Assembly: GCF_009914755.1 (NCBI RefSeq)
Contig: NC_060926.1
Length of the DNA: 64,000 nucleotides
Reading direction: 5' to 3' (one strand)
Origin: the human T2T-CHM13v2.0 reference genome, Homo sapiens
Shown in pieces: positions 60,079 through 64,000 of this stretch; within the stretch, counting starts at the first letter, position 1; every line of letters begins with the position of its first letter. The notes under the pieces are model-generated. The model was not told the DNA's origin. It did no database searches and was given only the letters and a program-made list of their open reading frames with translations. A program made the translations under genes and the position numbers.

Positions 60079-60437
60079 GTATATTAGTCCACTTTCACAC
60101 TGCTGAAAAAGACATGCCCGAGACTGGGTAATTTATAAAGAAAAAGAGGTTTAATGGACTTACAGTTCTGCATGGCTGGGGAGGCCTCGCAATCATGGTG
60201 GAAGGTGAAAGGCATGTCTTACACGATGGCAGGCCAAAAAAGAGAGCTTGTGCAGGGAAACTCCTCTCTGTAAACCCATCAGATCTTGTGAGACTTATTC
60301 ACTGTCATGAGAACAGCACAGGAAAGACCCACCCCATGATTCAATTACCTCCCACAGGGTACCCCCATGACATGTGGGAATTATCGGAGCTACAATTCAA
60401 GATGAAATTTGGGTGGGGACACAGCCAAACCATATCA
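60079..60437 (-). mobile_element. THE1 (MaLR) solo LTR
   Basis: tattagtccactttcacactgctg...gagactgggtaatttataaagaaaaagaggtttaatggac ... gggacacagccaaaccatatca. Confidence 0.9.
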
Positions 60438-60805
60438 GATGGGTTTACCTAGGAGGGAGGGGAGAGAGAGTGAGACTCCCTTGGGGCCAGAGGGAAAAAG
60501 GGGAGGCAGAGGAAAGGGAAGGGAAGCTGCGTCTTCTCTTGCCAGTAAATTCAGCAAGTACATTTTAGCCAATTCGTGATGTCTAAATAATTCAGCAGAA
60601 AAAGAGGGTGAGGCGCAAGTATGAGTGCCTGGAGGGAACCAGGCTGTGAAAGTGGAGACTGAGGAATCTCAGGAAATACTGACTCATTGATCATAAGGAA
60701 GTCCCATGGGAGGGAGATGCCACAGTTGGCATCTAAGTAACTGATGTGCTTTACTGGAGGAAAGGCTTGGAGCTCAGGGCCTGACAGTGCTAGAAAACTG
60801 AGCAG

Positions 60806-61445
60806 GAGGACACAGTAGCTCATGCCTGTAATCGCAGCTAAGGTGGGAGTATTGCTTGAGCCCAGGACTTTGAGACCAGCCTGGGCAACATAGTGAGAAC
60901 CCCATCTCTAAAAATAAAATAAAAAAAAAATAATGAAGTCAGGCATGCTGGTGCATGTCTGTAATTCCAGCACTTTGGGAGGCTGAGGTGGGAGGATCGC
61001 TTGAGCTCAGGGGTTCGAGACCAGCCTGGGCAATGTGGTGAAACCCTGTGTCTACAAAAAATACAAAAATTACCTGGGTGTGGTGGTGCATGCCTGTAGT
61101 CCCAGCTCCTCAGTGGGGCTGAGGTGGGAGGATTGCTTGAGCCCAGGGGGTTGAGGCTATAGTGAGCTGAGATCATACCACTGCACTCCAGCCTGGGCGA
61201 CAGAGCAAGACCCTGCCTCAAAATAAATAGATAAATTAATTAATTAAATTAAAATTAAAAGAATTAGCTGGGTGTGGTGGCATGTGTTTTGTAGTCCTAG
61301 CTACTCAGGATGCTGAGGTGGAAGGATCACTTGAGTCCAGAAGTTTGAGACTACAGTGAACTATGATCATTCAACTGCACTCCATCCTGGGCAACAGAGC
61401 AAGAATCCTGTCTCTAAAAACAGAAAAGAAAGAAAAAGAAAAAAC
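60806..61445 (+). mobile_element. Nested AluJ-like cluster
   Basis: Left monomer, a full Alu (about 60938-61260), then a right monomer. Confidence 0.85.
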
Positions 61446-64000
61446 TGAGAAGGACAATGAAGGTGGCAGCTGCTTTTCAGACCCAATCCAAGGGATTGGT
61501 CCAATGCTACCTGTTTTGGTCCCTCTTTGCTGCTGTCCTGTGAAGCTTCTTTAATTAAGAAAACACTGAGAGAGAGCAGTCCCCTGACAGTGGCTGACTG
61601 GCCATGTGGGGGGAAGTGACGTCACCTCCACCTGTGTCACAAGGACCGCCTCCTTGAGGATATGGCCTGTGAAGGACAGCCTGCAGTTACTTCAACTCTC
61701 CATTGTGAAGCACATGGGCTCCAGACGCAGTGGCATTAATGCACCCAGGTGTGGATTTATGGCCATGGAAAGGGCCCAGCACACTGCATGACCAGCTGCA
61801 AGCTTTGTGCATTAACCCAGGAGGCTGAAGTCTCTTCTGATCTTGCTCCCTGTAACCATATGTCCCTTAGATTTTATTCCTGGGTATATTGGATCATGGA
61901 GCTTGTGGGAGCAGAGCCATTTGCAGCAAATCTAATCTAGGAAGAAAAGGGAAGTCATTTTCAGCATATGGCTCCAAGCCTAGTGCTTCCTGACCTGAAA
62001 TCCAGCCTGTGGGCATCAGGGGAAGAGTGGGAAGGAGGAGGTGAGGCGAGAGCATGTCTGAGTAGCTGACTGATGTGGAGCCAGCCTTTGTGGCCGAGGT
62101 GGCCCTGAAGGAAGGTGAGGGGCAGGGAGAAGAGAGTACCTACGTGTCCCTGACTCCTGCCTGACTCTGTGGCTCAGGGGCAGTCAAAGTGGTTAGCGAC
62201 CCGGGACATACCCGGGACAGTCAACTGGGGCCGCCCAGCAGGCTGTCCAGAGTAAAAGCAATTCCCAGTCATTGGGGTCATCTGGAGATCTATGTTAGAG
62301 TCTCCAGACTGGGAGCCCCTGCTGTAGTCCTCGGGCTGTTCCTGTCTCAAATCTGTCCAGCCACTCGGTTGCTTTTGTCACTATTTATGTGAAAAGTTTT
62401 GGCTAGCCTGGATTTTCTTTTGTTTCAGCATTGCCCACAAACACCAATGTGGAATTAATCTGGAAAAGGCATCCCAATCTTTACCAGAGTTGAAAGTTGA
62501 CCTTTTCAGGCAGCTCATATGATTACTTTTAGAAGCACTGTCAACATGCATTTTCCAAAGAAATGCATCAGAGACAGACTAGGTAGGTGAGTCCTGCCTC
62601 CCTCCCAGCAAGATCCCACAGTCTGCACATTCTTTATCTCTGTCTTCACCTGCCAGGCTGAGGGTGAAGGCCTTTTCTTCTACCATTAGGGATGATGGAG
62701 AACAGCTCTCTCCGTTTATTTAAAAAATATCCTGAATATGCTTTAATTAATCACTCTCAAAGATTTCTCTCCTCCAGACAAAATAAACCTAGGTTCATCC
62801 ACTCTTGTTTGTTATTTCTAACCCTTTGGTCACCTTAAAGGGCCACCCTGACCTTAGCGTAGTAGGAGAGGGGTTATGGACATGGGCTCTTGTTCTATCC
62901 CATTCTTACTGGGTGGCCTTGTGCAAGTCATGTGGCCACTGCAGCCTCAGTTTCTCCAGTATTACCTACACCATGGGGTCATCCGAGGATTCAGTGAGAC
63001 AGTTTCTCTAGCATGCTCCCCATCGTACCTGCTTTTAGCAGCCAGTAAATACTCTCTGTTACTCTCATTCCCCACTTTGCACTTAGAATCAGTCATAACT
63101 GTTTAGTGAGGTACTGATTAGCACTGCTAATATTCTGAATGCTTGCTTAAAATAGAAAAGAGTTACTTTCTATGAGACTTTGCATTTTTTAAAGCTGATT
63201 CTTTTTTAAAAAAATTAGACATCACTCTTACAGAATAATAAGATGGAATGAATCCGTGATGTTATCTACATGATGAGGCCAGTATGGCACAAAAGCAGTG
63301 AAGTCCCTGAAAATACCAGCCAAATTTCACCTGAGCATATATTATAGAGCTTTAAAGTACCTAGAAGAGAAAAACCGCTTCTTTCCCAGCTTCTTTGCCT
63401 CCCAGGCACCACATCACCACAGAGCAGCCAAAACAGAAACCAGATCAGGCCATTCATTTGCTTCAAGGTACGTTACACATGTATGTGCTACCGGGCTTTG
63501 CAGCACTGGGCTCTGCCTGGCTCTTCCCCCATCACCCCATTGTACCATTCTGCTCCTTGCTCTCTTCAAATACATCAGCCCACTTTCCAGCAGACCACGT
63601 GCTTCCCAGCTCAAGGTTTCACGCTTTTGGTCACCTCTGCCTGCAGTGCCCTGCCGCTGCTCTTCCCGCTGCTGGCAAGCCTCCAGGCTTCTGCTCTGAG
63701 GTCACATCCTGGGAGCCATCCTCCTTGACCCGCATATCACAACACTCAGAGGAGTCATCTTTGTTTTGATTGGTTGTTTATTGCTTGTCTCTCTCCACTC
63801 CCTCAGAATGAAAGCTTCGTAAAGACAAGGAAACTTGTGGCTCATCCCTGCTGGGTTCCCAGTGTTTTTGAACAGTACTTGGCACATGGAGGATTCTCAG
63901 TCAATATCTGTTGAATAAAGCAGTAAGACGAGAAACCCTAAATTTGTAAAACTGTAAGAAAGATGTTTAGTTGTGTGGGGCAGAGGGCTGATTATGCCAG

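Overview
Primate, almost certainly human, nuclear genomic DNA. It covers about 29.5 kb upstream of the neuronal kinesin-1 heavy chain gene KIF5C, its CpG-island promoter and exon 1 (coding 29976-30101), and about 34 kb of intron 1. No later KIF5C exon was recognised. Most of the window is Alu, L1, L2, MIR, MaLR/ERVL LTR and DNA-transposon remnants, and nearly all ORF-track entries are spurious. Four things stand out. (1) The apparent RPS20 pseudogene and USP8 pseudogene look like one ~3 kb minus-strand retrocopy (24348-27334) bounded by a single 16-bp target-site duplication inside an old L1: an exon-skipped USP8 mRNA that reads through a splice donor into intron-like sequence and ends at the poly(A) signal of an embedded RPS20 copy. 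(2) A single-unit UBB retrocopy keeps an open ubiquitin ORF. (3) A ~132-bp NUMT (tRNA-Phe/12S) has a fold-back hairpin at one junction. (4) There are several templated-insertion scars, including a 61-bp near-perfect inverted repeat 2 kb apart in intron 1. Gene and repeat names come from recalled sequences, not from database searches, and repeat subfamilies and boundaries are approximate.
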